Origin: a virus
IMG/VR virus record: IMGVR_UViG_3300028559_000025
Coordinates: 12,728 to 76,727 of that record
Strand: one strand, 5' to 3'
DNA: 64,000 nucleotides
The notes under the pieces were generated by a model. The model was not told where the DNA came from and did no database searches. It saw only the letters and a list, made by a program, of their open reading frames with translations. Position 1 is the stretch's first letter, and each line of letters starts with the position of its first letter. Below, piece by piece: positions 21,791-32,096 of this stretch. Both the position numbers and the translations under genes were made by a program.

Positions 21791-21959
21791 AAAGTTTAAG
21801 ATTTTTCCAGGAAAGTTTGCATGCAAAAAATGCAATGAAGAAGTTAATGCTTTAAGACTATGGCTTGAGACTGCAGACGTAACATGGATGTGTAGTCAAA
21901 AACACATATCAAGGGTCCCACTAATACTTACAAGGAAAGATTATGAGCGAAAGAGCTGA
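21783..21959 (+). CDS. Small Zn-binding protein (not in the ORF track)
   Basis: MSEKFKIFPGKFACKKC...WMCSQKH; overlaps both neighbours. Confidence 0.55.
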   Translation: MSEKFKIFPGKFACKKCNEEVNALRLWLETADVTWMCSQKHISRVPLILTRKDYERKS

Positions 21960-22233
21960 GAGCAAAAGAATAGGTGCTAAGCAGCATAAAAATTCTGGAC
22001 GTAACACTCATAAAGGTGATGCTACTTGGAAAAATTTTACTGTAGATTTTAAAGAATGCTCAAAATCTTTTACCTTAAATAAAGATGTTTGGGCTAAAGC
22101 AGTAACAGATGCAATCAGAAATGGCAATGATCCAGCAATCCTAGTAGTCCTTGGTGACGGCAATTCAAAGGTACGGCTAATGATAACTGAATTTGAAATA
22201 ATGGAACAGATAATAGGAGAAGATGATGAGTGA
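21943..22233 (+). CDS. PD-(D/E)XK Holliday junction resolvase-like nuclease
   Basis: NSGR...KGD...VDFK pattern. Confidence 0.65.
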   Translation: MSERAESKRIGAKQHKNSGRNTHKGDATWKNFTVDFKECSKSFTLNKDVWAKAVTDAIRNGNDPAILVVLGDGNSKVRLMITEFEIMEQIIGEDDE

Positions 22234-22528
22234 ACAAACAACGCTAGATATGGTAAACGGTCTGTCTGAAATAGCAGACTATATGCAAGATGAAGAGCTA
22301 ACACAAGCTTTAACATTCATAGCCAAGGTAATTATTAAGCCAGATATTCCAGCACAAGTAGCCAGTATTGAGATTGTAAGGCTGCAGGCTATTGCTGCAA
22401 AGATGGCTTTCAAGGCAACATGGATGGCCAATGTTGACAAAAATGACAGGGCAAAGAAGAACATATACTACACAGCAGCAGAATCAATCAACAATTTAGT
22501 GTCAGCACTCAAATATATCATGCGCTAA
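22223..22528 (+). CDS. Hypothetical protein
   Basis: Coupled helical ORF. Confidence 0.55.
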   Translation: MMSEQTTLDMVNGLSEIADYMQDEELTQALTFIAKVIIKPDIPAQVASIEIVRLQAIAAKMAFKATWMANVDKNDRAKKNIYYTAAESINNLVSALKYIMR

Positions 22529-22560
22529 CATGCTATACTTATATAAAGAAAAGAGATAAC

Positions 22561-23346
22561 ATGACAAAAAATTTACTAAAGCAGATTATGATAAAAGATG
22601 TTGAGACCAGCGCACAGATTGATGCTAAAGAACTTGTAAAGGCTATTGAGGCTGGATATCTTGTTGGGCGTGAGCCTAAGCATACACAGAAGAAGACGTT
22701 TGGACCTTCTACTATTGCCTATGGACATGGAGAATGCCCAAGATACTGGTACCTTGCATTTGAAGGAGCAGTGTTTGAAGATAACTCTGACCCATACGCA
22801 GTAGCAAATATGACTAATGGAACACTTGCTCATGGAAGAATTGAGACAGCGTTTAAGAACTCTGGAATTTCAATTGATTCAGAGTTTAAGATTTTCAATG
22901 ATGATCCTCCAATTTTTGGTTATGTAGATAACTTTATTAATTGGAATGGTGAAGAAGTAGTTGTTGAAGTAAAGACAACCAATAACGAAGTGTTTGAGTA
23001 TCGTAAGCGCACAGGCAAGCCTAAGATGGGTCACGTTGTGCAGATACTTATCTACATGAAGATTCTTAAGAAAGCTAAGGGTGTTCTTATTTATGAGAAT
23101 AAGAATAACCACGAACTTCTTGTTATTCCAGTAGAGGTAAATGATCATTATCGTAAATGGATTGATGAAGCTTTTGAGTGGATGAGGGTTGTTCGTAAGT
23201 CTTGGGAAGTTAAAGAGCTTCCAACCAAGAACTACAGATCAAACTCTAAGGTTTGTAAAAACTGTCCAATCAGAAAAGCATGTGATGAGGCAGGAACAGG
23301 CGTTGTTAAGATAGCATCGCTGGAGGAACTGAGTGAAGCTTTGTAG
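22561..23346 (+). CDS. Cas4-like PD-(D/E)XK exonuclease
   Basis: CPR, GYVD, EVKT, QILIY motifs and a C-terminal CKNCP..C Fe-S cluster. Confidence 0.85.
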   Translation: MTKNLLKQIMIKDVETSAQIDAKELVKAIEAGYLVGREPKHTQKKTFGPSTIAYGHGECPRYWYLAFEGAVFEDNSDPYAVANMTNGTLAHGRIETAFKNSGISIDSEFKIFNDDPPIFGYVDNFINWNGEEVVVEVKTTNNEVFEYRKRTGKPKMGHVVQILIYMKILKKAKGVLIYENKNNHELLVIPVEVNDHYRKWIDEAFEWMRVVRKSWEVKELPTKNYRSNSKVCKNCPIRKACDEAGTGVVKIASLEELSEAL

Positions 23347-23623
23347 CAGATGTGATATCAGGTTTAGCCCAAAGGTCAGTTATCAAATTTACTGTAGCCT
23401 TGAGTGCAGAGACCTTGCTACAAAAGATAAAATTCAGGAAAGATATCAGATAAATCGTAGACAAAAAAGAAAGGGGAAGGACCGTAGATGCTTAGGTGGA
23501 TGCGGAACTTCTCTTTCTATCTATAATGATTCTGGTTTTTGTGCAAATTGTAATGTAAGTGAAAAAGCAGTTAATAAAATGTTAAAAGAGTTAAAAGGAT
23601 TTATTGAGTATGAGCAAGAATAA
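23333..23623 (+). CDS. Cys-rich Zn-finger protein
   Basis: Four CxxC-type pairs. Confidence 0.55.
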   Translation: MKLCSRCDIRFSPKVSYQIYCSLECRDLATKDKIQERYQINRRQKRKGKDRRCLGGCGTSLSIYNDSGFCANCNVSEKAVNKMLKELKGFIEYEQE

Positions 23624-24206
23624 ATGGGGATTGGAACTTATTCCAAAAAGAATATGTGCTATTGATGCCAGCACTAATAGTCTTGCCTTTGCTATTTTTG
23701 ATACCTTTACAAAAGACATTGTTAGTGTAGGTAAAATTAATTTTGAAGGCAAAGATACTTATGAAAAAGTTATGGATGCTGGTAAAAAAGTAAAGGCTTT
23801 CCTAGATATTTACGATGGATTTGAAGTAATAGTAATTGAGCATACAGTATTTATGAATAGCCCAAAGACCGCTGCAGATCTTGCTCTTGTGCAAGGAGCA
23901 ATTCTTGGTTCTGCAGGTCAGACTGGAACAAAGGTTATTGGCAAGGTATCTCCAATTACTTGGCAAAACTATATAGGCAATAAAAAGATATCTAAAGAAG
24001 AAAAGGCAATCATTGTTGCAAGAAATCCTGGCAAATCTGAGTCATGGTATAAAACTTATGAGCGTAATCTAAGAAAGCAAAGAACAATTGATTTTATTGA
24101 GTTTCAGTACAATAGAAAAATAGATGATAATGATGTAGCTGATGCCTGCGGTATTGGTCATTGGGCTATAAAAAATTGGGGAAAGGCGATAGGAGTTGAT
24201 AAATAA
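23604..24206 (+). CDS. ruvC: RuvC-like Holliday junction resolvase
   Basis: AIDAS, VIEH and DDNDVADA acidic catalytic motifs. Confidence 0.8.
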   Translation: MSMSKNKWGLELIPKRICAIDASTNSLAFAIFDTFTKDIVSVGKINFEGKDTYEKVMDAGKKVKAFLDIYDGFEVIVIEHTVFMNSPKTAADLALVQGAILGSAGQTGTKVIGKVSPITWQNYIGNKKISKEEKAIIVARNPGKSESWYKTYERNLRKQRTIDFIEFQYNRKIDDNDVADACGIGHWAIKNWGKAIGVDK

Positions 24207-24850
24207 TGCCTGAGTTAAATGCAAATATTCCACCAATAGAATGCTATGTGCGTGGAAATTTTTTAAGAGATCAACTAGATAGTCATGATCAGTATTTTCC
24301 ATGTGTAATATTTGGTGTTTCAAGTATTAAAGCAAGAAGCCCATTGTTTCACTTTATGATGGAGGATGGTGGGATTTGGTGGAGAATGCCAATTAATGCA
24401 TTTTGTACTAAGCCAGGAGTTCCAGAAGAGCCAATTCACAACCTTGTCTTGTGGAACTCTTTTAGCTCTCATGTTTCTGTTACAAAGTTTCAAGCATTAA
24501 GCAATATGAGAATGTCATACATGGATAGAACTCATACAACGGTGCCAGGTACATACTTGTTTACACTTGATTGGCATAGTCCAGAAACCAATATTTTAGA
24601 TGATGGATACTCTGAAAATCCAGGTCAGCATAAGTGCGGTCATGTAATTCAAAGAGATGATGGAAATTTTGCGGTACAGCCAAATAACAGGGTAAGAATA
24701 AAAGAACCATCCTTTGTAACAAAGAAAGATCTACTAATACAAAGACTTATTAATACAAATAAATGGGATGTTGAAAGCTATGACAAGTGGATTCTTGAGG
24801 ACTCAGATGCCTATAATTATGATGTGTTGGAATCTAATGGTGAATTATGA
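24206..24850 (+). CDS. Conserved phage hypothetical protein
   Basis: 214 aa coupled ORF (LNANIP, YLFTLDW, HKCGH, QPNNR). Function not recognised. Confidence 0.6.
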   Translation: MPELNANIPPIECYVRGNFLRDQLDSHDQYFPCVIFGVSSIKARSPLFHFMMEDGGIWWRMPINAFCTKPGVPEEPIHNLVLWNSFSSHVSVTKFQALSNMRMSYMDRTHTTVPGTYLFTLDWHSPETNILDDGYSENPGQHKCGHVIQRDDGNFAVQPNNRVRIKEPSFVTKKDLLIQRLINTNKWDVESYDKWILEDSDAYNYDVLESNGEL

Positions 24851-25029
24851 GCGATAGAGATATTTTTTTATTTAAAGAAGAAGAGTCTGATGTTACACTA
24901 ACTGTAAGAACTCTTGCTCCAACAAAATGGCTATTGATGGACCGTGAAACTGGTCAAATGTATCAGGGTAGCCCAAAAGGATACTGGGATAGACTTGATC
25001 CTATTATAAAGGTTGACAAAGAGGTATGA
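24847..25029 (+). CDS. Hypothetical protein
   Basis: Coupled small ORF. Confidence 0.5.
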   Translation: MSDRDIFLFKEEESDVTLTVRTLAPTKWLLMDRETGQMYQGSPKGYWDRLDPIIKVDKEV

Positions 25030-25184
25030 TGTCTGCTAAACTATATACTTCAGAGGTATGGCTAAAAAAGAGATTTCTTATTGATAGGAAGTCTCCAGAA
25101 GAAATTGCAAAAGAGTGTGGGGCAAGCGTAGAGACTATCTATGTTTACTTAGCTAAATTTAATTTGAGAAAGAGTAAAAGATGA
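25026..25184 (+). CDS. Small HTH protein (not in the ORF track)
   Basis: SPEEIAKECGASVETIYVYL helix-turn-helix. Confidence 0.65.
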   Translation: MMSAKLYTSEVWLKKRFLIDRKSPEEIAKECGASVETIYVYLAKFNLRKSKR

Positions 25185-25306
25185 ATAAAACACAAAAAGT
25201 TCTTATTGGTTTAGGGGTTGCTGGTGCAGTAGGATTAACCTATGTAATAACAGCACTAAAGGGATTGCCAGAAGCTTTTGAGTGGGAAGAAGATGAATAT
25301 GAGTGA
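25181..25306 (+). CDS. Small single-pass membrane protein (not in the ORF track)
   Basis: VLIGLGVAGAVGLTYVI hydrophobic segment with an acidic tail. Confidence 0.5.
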   Translation: MNKTQKVLIGLGVAGAVGLTYVITALKGLPEAFEWEEDEYE

Positions 25307-25541
25307 AAACCTAAATATCACGGTTGATCAAGTTAACCATCCCAAACATTATACAACAGACCCTTCTGGCGTTGAGTGTATAGAAATTACTCGTCATCGT
25401 AACTTTAATATTGGTAATGCATTTAAGTATCTTTGGAGAGCAGGACTTAAAGATGAGTCAAAAACAATTCAAGATTTAAAAAAAGCAATTTTTTATATCA
25501 AGGATGAAATTAATAGACTAGAAGGAAAGTATGTCAACTGA
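25299..25541 (+). CDS. DUF3310 family protein
   Basis: DQVNHPKHY...ECIE...GNAFKYLWRAG.K...DLKKA.FY. Confidence 0.85.
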   Translation: MSENLNITVDQVNHPKHYTTDPSGVECIEITRHRNFNIGNAFKYLWRAGLKDESKTIQDLKKAIFYIKDEINRLEGKYVN

Positions 25542-26064
25542 AGAAGATTTAGTTAAGCATCTTGACCAAGTAAATAATGTTGTCAGTGAATACTTAAAAG
25601 GCAATGATCCTACAGTCATCTCAAAAGAGTTAGATATCCCACGTACACGTGTTGTCTCTCTTATTAATGAGTGGAAGACAATGGCTTCCGACAATGCTGC
25701 AATTCGTGCCCGTGCAAAAGAGGCATTGGTTGGTGCTGACACACACTACAGCAAGCTGATTTCTAAATCTTATGAAGTTATTGATGAAGCCTCACTAACT
25801 AATAACCTTAGTGCAAAAACTGCTGCCATTAAGCTTGTAATGGACATTGAGTCTAAGCGTATTGACATGCTACAAAAGGCTGGCCTTCTTGAGAATAAAG
25901 AACTTGCAGAAGAAATGGTTGAGATTGAGCGTAGACAAGAAGTACTTGTAGGAATTCTTAGAGATATTGCATCAGAGCATCCAGATATTAGAGATCTTAT
26001 TATGCAAAGACTATCGTCTATTGCTAAAGAAGGAGAAGTGATTACAGTTGTCCACGACGTTTAA
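25531..26064 (+). CDS. Probable terminase small subunit
   Basis: N-terminal HTH and helical body, directly upstream of the large terminase. Confidence 0.6.
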   Translation: MSTEEDLVKHLDQVNNVVSEYLKGNDPTVISKELDIPRTRVVSLINEWKTMASDNAAIRARAKEALVGADTHYSKLISKSYEVIDEASLTNNLSAKTAAIKLVMDIESKRIDMLQKAGLLENKELAEEMVEIERRQEVLVGILRDIASEHPDIRDLIMQRLSSIAKEGEVITVVHDV

Positions 26065-27829
26065 TGATTTCTTAGAAGTTCTAAAAGAAAATCATTTTGT
26101 TGAAAAGCCTGTTGACGCAAAGACATTTGTTGAGTCCCCAGACTATCTTGGACAACCACCATTATCTGATATTCAATATACAATTGTAGAAGCAATGAGC
26201 CAGATTTATCGCAAAGAAGATGTTGTTGATATCATGGGAGATGCAGGTGAAGAATATTATAAAAAATATACAAAGAATGAGCTTATCCTGCAACTTGGCA
26301 AGGGATCTGGAAAAGACTTTGTATCAACAGTATCATGTGCATATGTAGTATATAAGATGCTATGCCTTAAAGACCCAGCAATATATTATGGAAAACCAGC
26401 AGGAGATGCTATTGATATTATTAACGTAGCTGTAAATGCTCAACAGGCAAAGAATGTTTTCTTTAAAGGGTTTAAGTCAAAGATTGAAAGATCACCATGG
26501 TTTGCAGGAAAGTATAATCCAAAGGCAGACTCAATTGAATTTGATAAATCAATTACTGTTTACTCTGGTCACTCTGAGCGTGAGTCACATGAAGGCTTGA
26601 ACTTATTTATGGCAGTACTTGATGAAATTTCTGGTTTTGCATCAGAGGTAGCAACAGGAAACGAACAAGGAAAGACCGCTGATAATATTTATAAAGCTTT
26701 CCGTGGTACTGTAGATTCTCGCTTCCCTGACCTTGGAAAAGTTGTTCTTCTTTCATTCCCTCGTTATCAAGGTGACTTTATTTCTCAACGGTATGATTCA
26801 GTAATAGCTGATAAAGAAGTAGTAGAAAGAACACACAAGTTTATTATTAATGAAGACCTTCCTCATGACAATCCAGACAATACTTTTGATATCTCATGGG
26901 ATGAAGATCATATACTTTCATACAAGATACCTAGAATATTTGCACTTAAGCGACCAACTTGGGAAGTAAACCCTACTCGCAATATTGATGATTTTAAGAT
27001 TGCATTCTTAACAGATCTAGGAGATGCGATGATGCGTTTCCTATGTACACCAACATACTCATCAGATGCTTTCTTCAAGCAAAAAGATAAACTTATTAGC
27101 TGCATGACACTAAGTAATCCTGTGGATAGCTTTAGAAGGTTTGCAGAAAATTTTAAGCCAGACCCAGACAAGATTTATTATGTACATGCTGACCTTGCAC
27201 AAAAGCATGATAAGTGTGCTGTTGCAATTGCACATGTAGACAAGTGGGTAAATATCCAGGTAATTAAAGATTATGAACAGGTAGCACCTATCGTTATAGT
27301 AGATGCAGTAGCATGGTGGGAACCAAAAGCAGAGGGGCCAGTTAATCTATCTGAGGTAAAACAGTGGATTCAAAACCTAAGAAGACAAGGTTTTAATATA
27401 GGATTAGTATCTTTTGACCGTTGGCAGTCATTTGATATTCAGCAAGAGCTTAAGGCTGTTGGAATAAGAACTGATACTGTTTCTGTTGCCAAAAAACACT
27501 ACGAAGATTTAGCAATGATGGTCTACGAAGAGCGCATTGCTATGCCAATGATTCCATTGCTTCTTGAAGAAATGTCTGAGTTGAAGATCATGAAGGGTAA
27601 TCGTGTTGATCACCCTAGAAAGAAGTCTAAAGACTTAGCAGATGCTGTTTGTGGTGCCGTTTTTGGTGCTATTTCTCATACTCCAAAAGAAATGAATATT
27701 GAAATAGAGATTCATACATGGGGAACAAGTGATAAACTTGCAAGACAGCAGAGAGCTATGGTAGAATTGGAAGACAGGCAAATGCCTGAAGATGTCAAGA
27801 GTTTTCTTGATAATTTAAAACTAATATAA
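26048..27829 (+). CDS. terL: Terminase large subunit
   Basis: Walker A GKGSGKD, Walker B AVLDE, nuclease HADLA and SKDLADA motifs. Confidence 0.9.
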   Translation: MSTTFNDFLEVLKENHFVEKPVDAKTFVESPDYLGQPPLSDIQYTIVEAMSQIYRKEDVVDIMGDAGEEYYKKYTKNELILQLGKGSGKDFVSTVSCAYVVYKMLCLKDPAIYYGKPAGDAIDIINVAVNAQQAKNVFFKGFKSKIERSPWFAGKYNPKADSIEFDKSITVYSGHSERESHEGLNLFMAVLDEISGFASEVATGNEQGKTADNIYKAFRGTVDSRFPDLGKVVLLSFPRYQGDFISQRYDSVIADKEVVERTHKFIINEDLPHDNPDNTFDISWDEDHILSYKIPRIFALKRPTWEVNPTRNIDDFKIAFLTDLGDAMMRFLCTPTYSSDAFFKQKDKLISCMTLSNPVDSFRRFAENFKPDPDKIYYVHADLAQKHDKCAVAIAHVDKWVNIQVIKDYEQVAPIVIVDAVAWWEPKAEGPVNLSEVKQWIQNLRRQGFNIGLVSFDRWQSFDIQQELKAVGIRTDTVSVAKKHYEDLAMMVYEERIAMPMIPLLLEEMSELKIMKGNRVDHPRKKSKDLADAVCGAVFGAISHTPKEMNIEIEIHTWGTSDKLARQQRAMVELEDRQMPEDVKSFLDNLKLI

Positions 27830-27842
27830 TAAGGAGAAGTAA

Positions 27843-29549
27843 GTGAATTCATTTAAGAAAATCGCTTTGGGACTAGCTGCAGCAATGTCTTTTGGCGTAC
27901 TATCAGCACTTCCGACAAGTGCTGCTGTAAACGCACCAACTCTAGCCATTGACTCAGCAACAGACGCTGTGACATCTGGAGAGTCTGCTACAGCAGTCGT
28001 AACATTGTCATTTATTTCAGAAACATCAGCAGATACAGCAACAATTATTTCTGCTATGTTTTCTCAGCCAGCAGGGGCAGCAAAATCTGCAACCCTATCA
28101 CTTCTAGAAACATCAACATCCTCAGTAGTTATTGCAGGAAATAATGTTTCAGCAAACATTAACTCAACAGTTAACACACCAACATATGTAACGGCAAAGT
28201 TCTTGGTAACTTTGAATGCACCAACAGTTGCAGGTACATATGATGCAAAGATTCTAACAACAAGCCCAATCAATGGCCCATCAGTTTCATGGACAGTAAC
28301 AGTTAAGGCAGCGGATCTAACTCCATCTGCTTCAACTACTACATCTATCCTCAATGCTGGTGAAGTAACAACTGCAACAGCAGATGCTACAGTTTATGCT
28401 CCAAAGGCTACTTCAACAGATGCAGCAGCAGTAATTGTTGTTACACCTAAGAATGCAGCAGGTGGATCAGCAACTGAGTCAATCCTTGCAACAGTTTCAG
28501 GTTCAGGAATGATTGGTAGTGGATCAAACGCTACATCAATTTCAGCACAGGGTCGCTCATTGGTAATTCCTTCAGGAAACCACATTGGTGTATTTGCTGA
28601 CGGTACAGCAGGAGTATCAACAATTACTCTTACAACACTTACAGGTGTAGTTCTTGCAACTGAGAAGGTAACATTCTACGGAGATATCGCATCTATCGTA
28701 GCAACAACAGTTAAGCCTGTTATCCCAGTAGGATCAAATGTTTCAACAATTAAGGCAGTGGCCTACGATGCTGCTGGAGTAACAGTTGGAGCAGGAACAA
28801 TTAACGCTTTCTCAAGCGATGTTTCAGTGGTATCCGATTCAGGAACTGCAGCAACAATCGTAAACGGTGAAGCAGTGTTTACTCTTACAGGAGTTAAGAC
28901 AGGCGGAGTCGCTGTAACTGTTAAGTCAGGTACAGTATCATCTGCTCCAGTTGCTACTCGTGTAGAAGGTGCAGCAGCAACAGTTAAGTTGTCTTTTGAT
29001 AAGGCTCAGTACCTTCCAGGAGAAGCAGCAACTATTACAGTTCAGGTTCTAGATGCAGCAGGTCTTCCAGTATCTGGTAAGACACACGCTAATCTATTTG
29101 CTACAGGTGGAATTGTTTCTAACTATGCATTTGGATCAGCATCTGATGTATTAACAGCGACTTCTGTAACAACAGACACAGCAACCGTTAAGACATATAA
29201 GGTCTTTATGCCACTTGTACAAAATACAGTCAAGATCACAGCAACTGGTGGATCATCTCTTCCAGTAGCAGGTCAGGTTGTAGTTTCTGCAGAGGCACTT
29301 GTTGAAGATTCTGCACAGAAAGCAGCAACAGATGCAGCTAACGAGGCAACAGATGCAGCAAATGCAGCAACAGATGCAGCTCTTGCTGCAGCTGAGGCAG
29401 CAGATGCTGCTACAACAGCAGCTCAGGAAGCATCTGATGCAGTTGCAGCTCTTTCAGAGTCTGTAACCAAGTTGATCGCAGGCCTACAGGCTCAGATCAA
29501 GTCACTTGCAGCAGTAGTTGCAAAGATTGCTAAGAAGGTAAAGGCTTAA
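27843..29549 (+). CDS. Secreted Ig-like (Big domain) surface/S-layer-like protein
   Basis: Signal peptide MNSFKKIALGLAAAMSFG...SA-A, Ala/Thr/Val-rich beta repeats, and a C-terminal coiled coil ending AKIAKKVKA. Confidence 0.7.
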   Translation: MNSFKKIALGLAAAMSFGVLSALPTSAAVNAPTLAIDSATDAVTSGESATAVVTLSFISETSADTATIISAMFSQPAGAAKSATLSLLETSTSSVVIAGNNVSANINSTVNTPTYVTAKFLVTLNAPTVAGTYDAKILTTSPINGPSVSWTVTVKAADLTPSASTTTSILNAGEVTTATADATVYAPKATSTDAAAVIVVTPKNAAGGSATESILATVSGSGMIGSGSNATSISAQGRSLVIPSGNHIGVFADGTAGVSTITLTTLTGVVLATEKVTFYGDIASIVATTVKPVIPVGSNVSTIKAVAYDAAGVTVGAGTINAFSSDVSVVSDSGTAATIVNGEAVFTLTGVKTGGVAVTVKSGTVSSAPVATRVEGAAATVKLSFDKAQYLPGEAATITVQVLDAAGLPVSGKTHANLFATGGIVSNYAFGSASDVLTATSVTTDTATVKTYKVFMPLVQNTVKITATGGSSLPVAGQVVVSAEALVEDSAQKAATDAANEATDAANAATDAALAAAEAADAATTAAQEASDAVAALSESVTKLIAGLQAQIKSLAAVVAKIAKKVKA

Positions 29550-29563
29550 TAAGCAAAACAATT

Positions 29564-29593
29564 AGGGGAGTCAGGCAACTGGCTCCCTTTTTT
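29564..29593 (+). terminator. Rho-independent terminator
   Basis: GGGAGTCAG-GCAA-CTGGCTCCC followed by T6. Confidence 0.85.
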
Positions 29594-29630
29594 GTTGCAT
29601 AAAATGGTATAATAAGGCTATTAAACATCT

Positions 29631-31910
29631 TTGAAAGGATGGCCCTCTATCAGAAACTTCCTACTAAAAAGTTGTTTGGTGGGATTTTTTGTATTGCTTT
29701 GGCTATTCTTTGCATCTGGAGAACCTGCACATGCAGATGAGGTTTTAACTGTACAGGTAGATACAGCAACAGCAACTTCTACTGGGACAATACAGTTAAC
29801 AGAGTCTGCAACAGTAACAATTGAAAGCGCAACAGCCATTATTGAGTCAGCAACTGCTGTAATTACTCAGGCCGAAACTGTCACGGCAGTCATACAAACC
29901 CAAGCAACAGCCATTACAAGCCCTACAGAGACTATTACAGCCACCATCACACAGGCTCAGAACTTTATTACCCAGGCTCAGACAGTAGTAGATAGTGCTA
30001 CTGTGGCTATTGCACAAGTTGATTCTGCTACCGTTTTAGTTGAAGAGGCTGAAGAAGATGTTGAGATTGCAGAGATAGCAGTAGAGGCACAGATAGCAGT
30101 TGTTGAAGATAAAACTCAGGTAGTTGAATCTGCTACAGCAGTAGTAAATGAAAACACAAGCCCTGGATTAACTACAACAGTTTACCAAAATATTGGATAC
30201 AACAATGCACCACCATTGGGTGCAGGTCAGGTAGTTTCTACGACTACTGATACAAATGGAATTAATGAGCAATGGGGCGGATCAGGCCCAGCAAATACGT
30301 ACCCTGAAGACTTTCAGGTTAAGTGGGAAGGGATTTGGACACCAACCCATACAGGTACAACATATCTTCATGCTCCAGCCGATGATGGAGTTCAACTATA
30401 CTTAGATAATCAACTTGTGATTAATGACTGGTACGACAAAGGTGGCGGAGGATCTGTTGTAGGTGTTCAAACTACAGCAGGAACAGGGAAAGACTTTATA
30501 TTGTGGTTTTATGAAAATGGTGGCGGTGCAGGTGTTTCTTTATATAAAAATACAGGCAATGGCTGGGAATTAATTCCAGGATCTGAATTTAGCACATCTA
30601 GTGCATCACAAGAACAAATTCAAACACTTCAAGCAGCACAAACAAATCTTGAGGTTGCAGAAGAAACTCTAGAGATACTTAATAGCGATTTAGAAACCTC
30701 ACAAGAAAACCTAACAACTGCTCAGTCAAACCTAACAAGTGCTCAGGAAAACCTAACAAATGCTGTTGTTGCAGTTCAGGTTGCAGTAGAAGTAATGAAC
30801 AATAATGTTGCAGCAGCACAAAATATTGTTGTATCAACACTCGCTGCTGAAGAGGCAGAGCGAGCAAGAATTGCTGAGGAAGCAAGACAAGCAGAAATTG
30901 CTAGGCAAGCAGCACTAGCAGCAGAAGCAGCAAGGGTTGCTGCACAACAAGCATATGAAGCAGAGCAGTCTAGAATTGCAGCAGAAGCAGCACGAGCAAA
31001 GGCAGAGGCAGAGGCGAAGGCAGCAGAAGAAGCAAGAATTAAAGCAGAAGAAGAAGCAAAAGCGGCTGCGGAGGCAGTAGCAAAGGCTGAAGCAGATCGT
31101 ATAGCAGCAGAAGAGGCTGCAAAGAAAGCAGAACAAGAAAGAATTGCTGCAGAAGAAGCAGCAGCCAAAGCCAAGGCGGAAGAAGAAAAGGCTGAGTCTG
31201 ATAGATTAGAAGCAGAGGCAAAAGCCAAAGCAGAAAAAGAAGCGAAAGCAAAGGCTGAGTTAGATGCAAAGATTAAGGCTGAAGAAGAAGCCAAAAGATT
31301 AGCGGAAGAAAAAGCAGCAGAGGAAGCAAAGGCTAAAGCAGAATCAGATAGATTAAAGGCAGAAGCAGATGCTAAAAAGGCTGAAGAAGAAAGATTAGCA
31401 AAGATTGCAGAAGATGCTAAAAAAGGAATAGAGTTATCTAAAGAAGAAGTTGCAGCAGTTGTAACAGCATTGGTAGAAAATTTAAAACCAGGAGAGTCAA
31501 TTTCAGCAGAACAAGTACAAGCATCTGGAGTCTCTTATGCAGACCTTCCACCATCTACACCAATTGAAGTTAGAGCAGATAAAAATGGAAATGCTCTTGT
31601 AATTACAGCAGAATTAGCAGCAAATGTTGAACTTGTACAAGATCCAGGTGCGCTACTTGAAGCAGTATTCAGTGATCCAGGAGCAGCGCTAGCAGCCTTT
31701 GGAAGCATAGGTGCAGACATGACTGAAGGCGAAAGAGAAGAAGCAACAGACATGGTTATAGCAACAGTAGTAGCAGCAGGAGCAGCAATTAATGCAGCAG
31801 CCGTAGCCACAGGCGGAGCTGCAGGTGGAAGCACAGGTGGAGGAAGTTCTGGTGGAGGTGGTGCTTCAGGTGCTAATTCACCAGGTTCAAGAGGAGGAAG
31901 AAAATGGTAA
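29631..31910 (+). CDS. Exported PA14-domain protein with long Ala/Glu/Lys coiled coil
   Basis: Signal/TM segment, PA14 motifs (FQVKWEG, ADDGVQLYLD, YENGGGA), TolA-like AEK repeats and a Gly-rich tail. Confidence 0.75.
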   Translation: MKGWPSIRNFLLKSCLVGFFVLLWLFFASGEPAHADEVLTVQVDTATATSTGTIQLTESATVTIESATAIIESATAVITQAETVTAVIQTQATAITSPTETITATITQAQNFITQAQTVVDSATVAIAQVDSATVLVEEAEEDVEIAEIAVEAQIAVVEDKTQVVESATAVVNENTSPGLTTTVYQNIGYNNAPPLGAGQVVSTTTDTNGINEQWGGSGPANTYPEDFQVKWEGIWTPTHTGTTYLHAPADDGVQLYLDNQLVINDWYDKGGGGSVVGVQTTAGTGKDFILWFYENGGGAGVSLYKNTGNGWELIPGSEFSTSSASQEQIQTLQAAQTNLEVAEETLEILNSDLETSQENLTTAQSNLTSAQENLTNAVVAVQVAVEVMNNNVAAAQNIVVSTLAAEEAERARIAEEARQAEIARQAALAAEAARVAAQQAYEAEQSRIAAEAARAKAEAEAKAAEEARIKAEEEAKAAAEAVAKAEADRIAAEEAAKKAEQERIAAEEAAAKAKAEEEKAESDRLEAEAKAKAEKEAKAKAELDAKIKAEEEAKRLAEEKAAEEAKAKAESDRLKAEADAKKAEEERLAKIAEDAKKGIELSKEEVAAVVTALVENLKPGESISAEQVQASGVSYADLPPSTPIEVRADKNGNALVITAELAANVELVQDPGALLEAVFSDPGAALAAFGSIGADMTEGEREEATDMVIATVVAAGAAINAAAVATGGAAGGSTGGGSSGGGGASGANSPGSRGGRKW

Positions 31911-32083
31911 GAATACTAAAAAATATAATCAAAGACCTAATAGATCAGGCATGGACTCTTCTTGGAATGTTTATTGCTTGGGTGGTTTTAGATGGTAGTG
32001 CAAAAACAATAGTTGGCTATGGAATTATAGCAACCACAGCACTATGGATATTAACTAGTCCTGCTAGAAATAAAGAAGAGTAG
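31904..32083 (+). CDS. Small 2-TM membrane protein (not in the ORF track)
   Basis: DQAWTLLGMFIAWVVLDGSAKTIVGYGIIATTALW. Confidence 0.6.
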   Translation: MVRILKNIIKDLIDQAWTLLGMFIAWVVLDGSAKTIVGYGIIATTALWILTSPARNKEE

Positions 32084-32096
32084 TATAATACTAAAT

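Noticed and set aside
22561-23346. Cas4-like gene as evidence for a CRISPR-Cas system
   Set aside because: No repeat-spacer array or other cas genes are present. Solo Cas4-like nucleases are ordinary in phage recombination modules.
14365-27829. Inteins or introns in DnaB, DnaE, RecA or terminase
   Set aside because: Protein lengths are normal, the frames are uninterrupted and no intein splice motifs were seen.
20777-27829. Variant Walker A motifs (RecA GSKSSAKS; terminase GKGSGKD) as signs of inactivation
   Set aside because: The catalytic Lys and all other motifs are intact, so these are most likely family-specific variants.
30679-31834. Several minus-strand ORFs inside the PA14 gene
   Set aside because: Shadow ORFs of low-complexity Ala/Glu/Lys codons.
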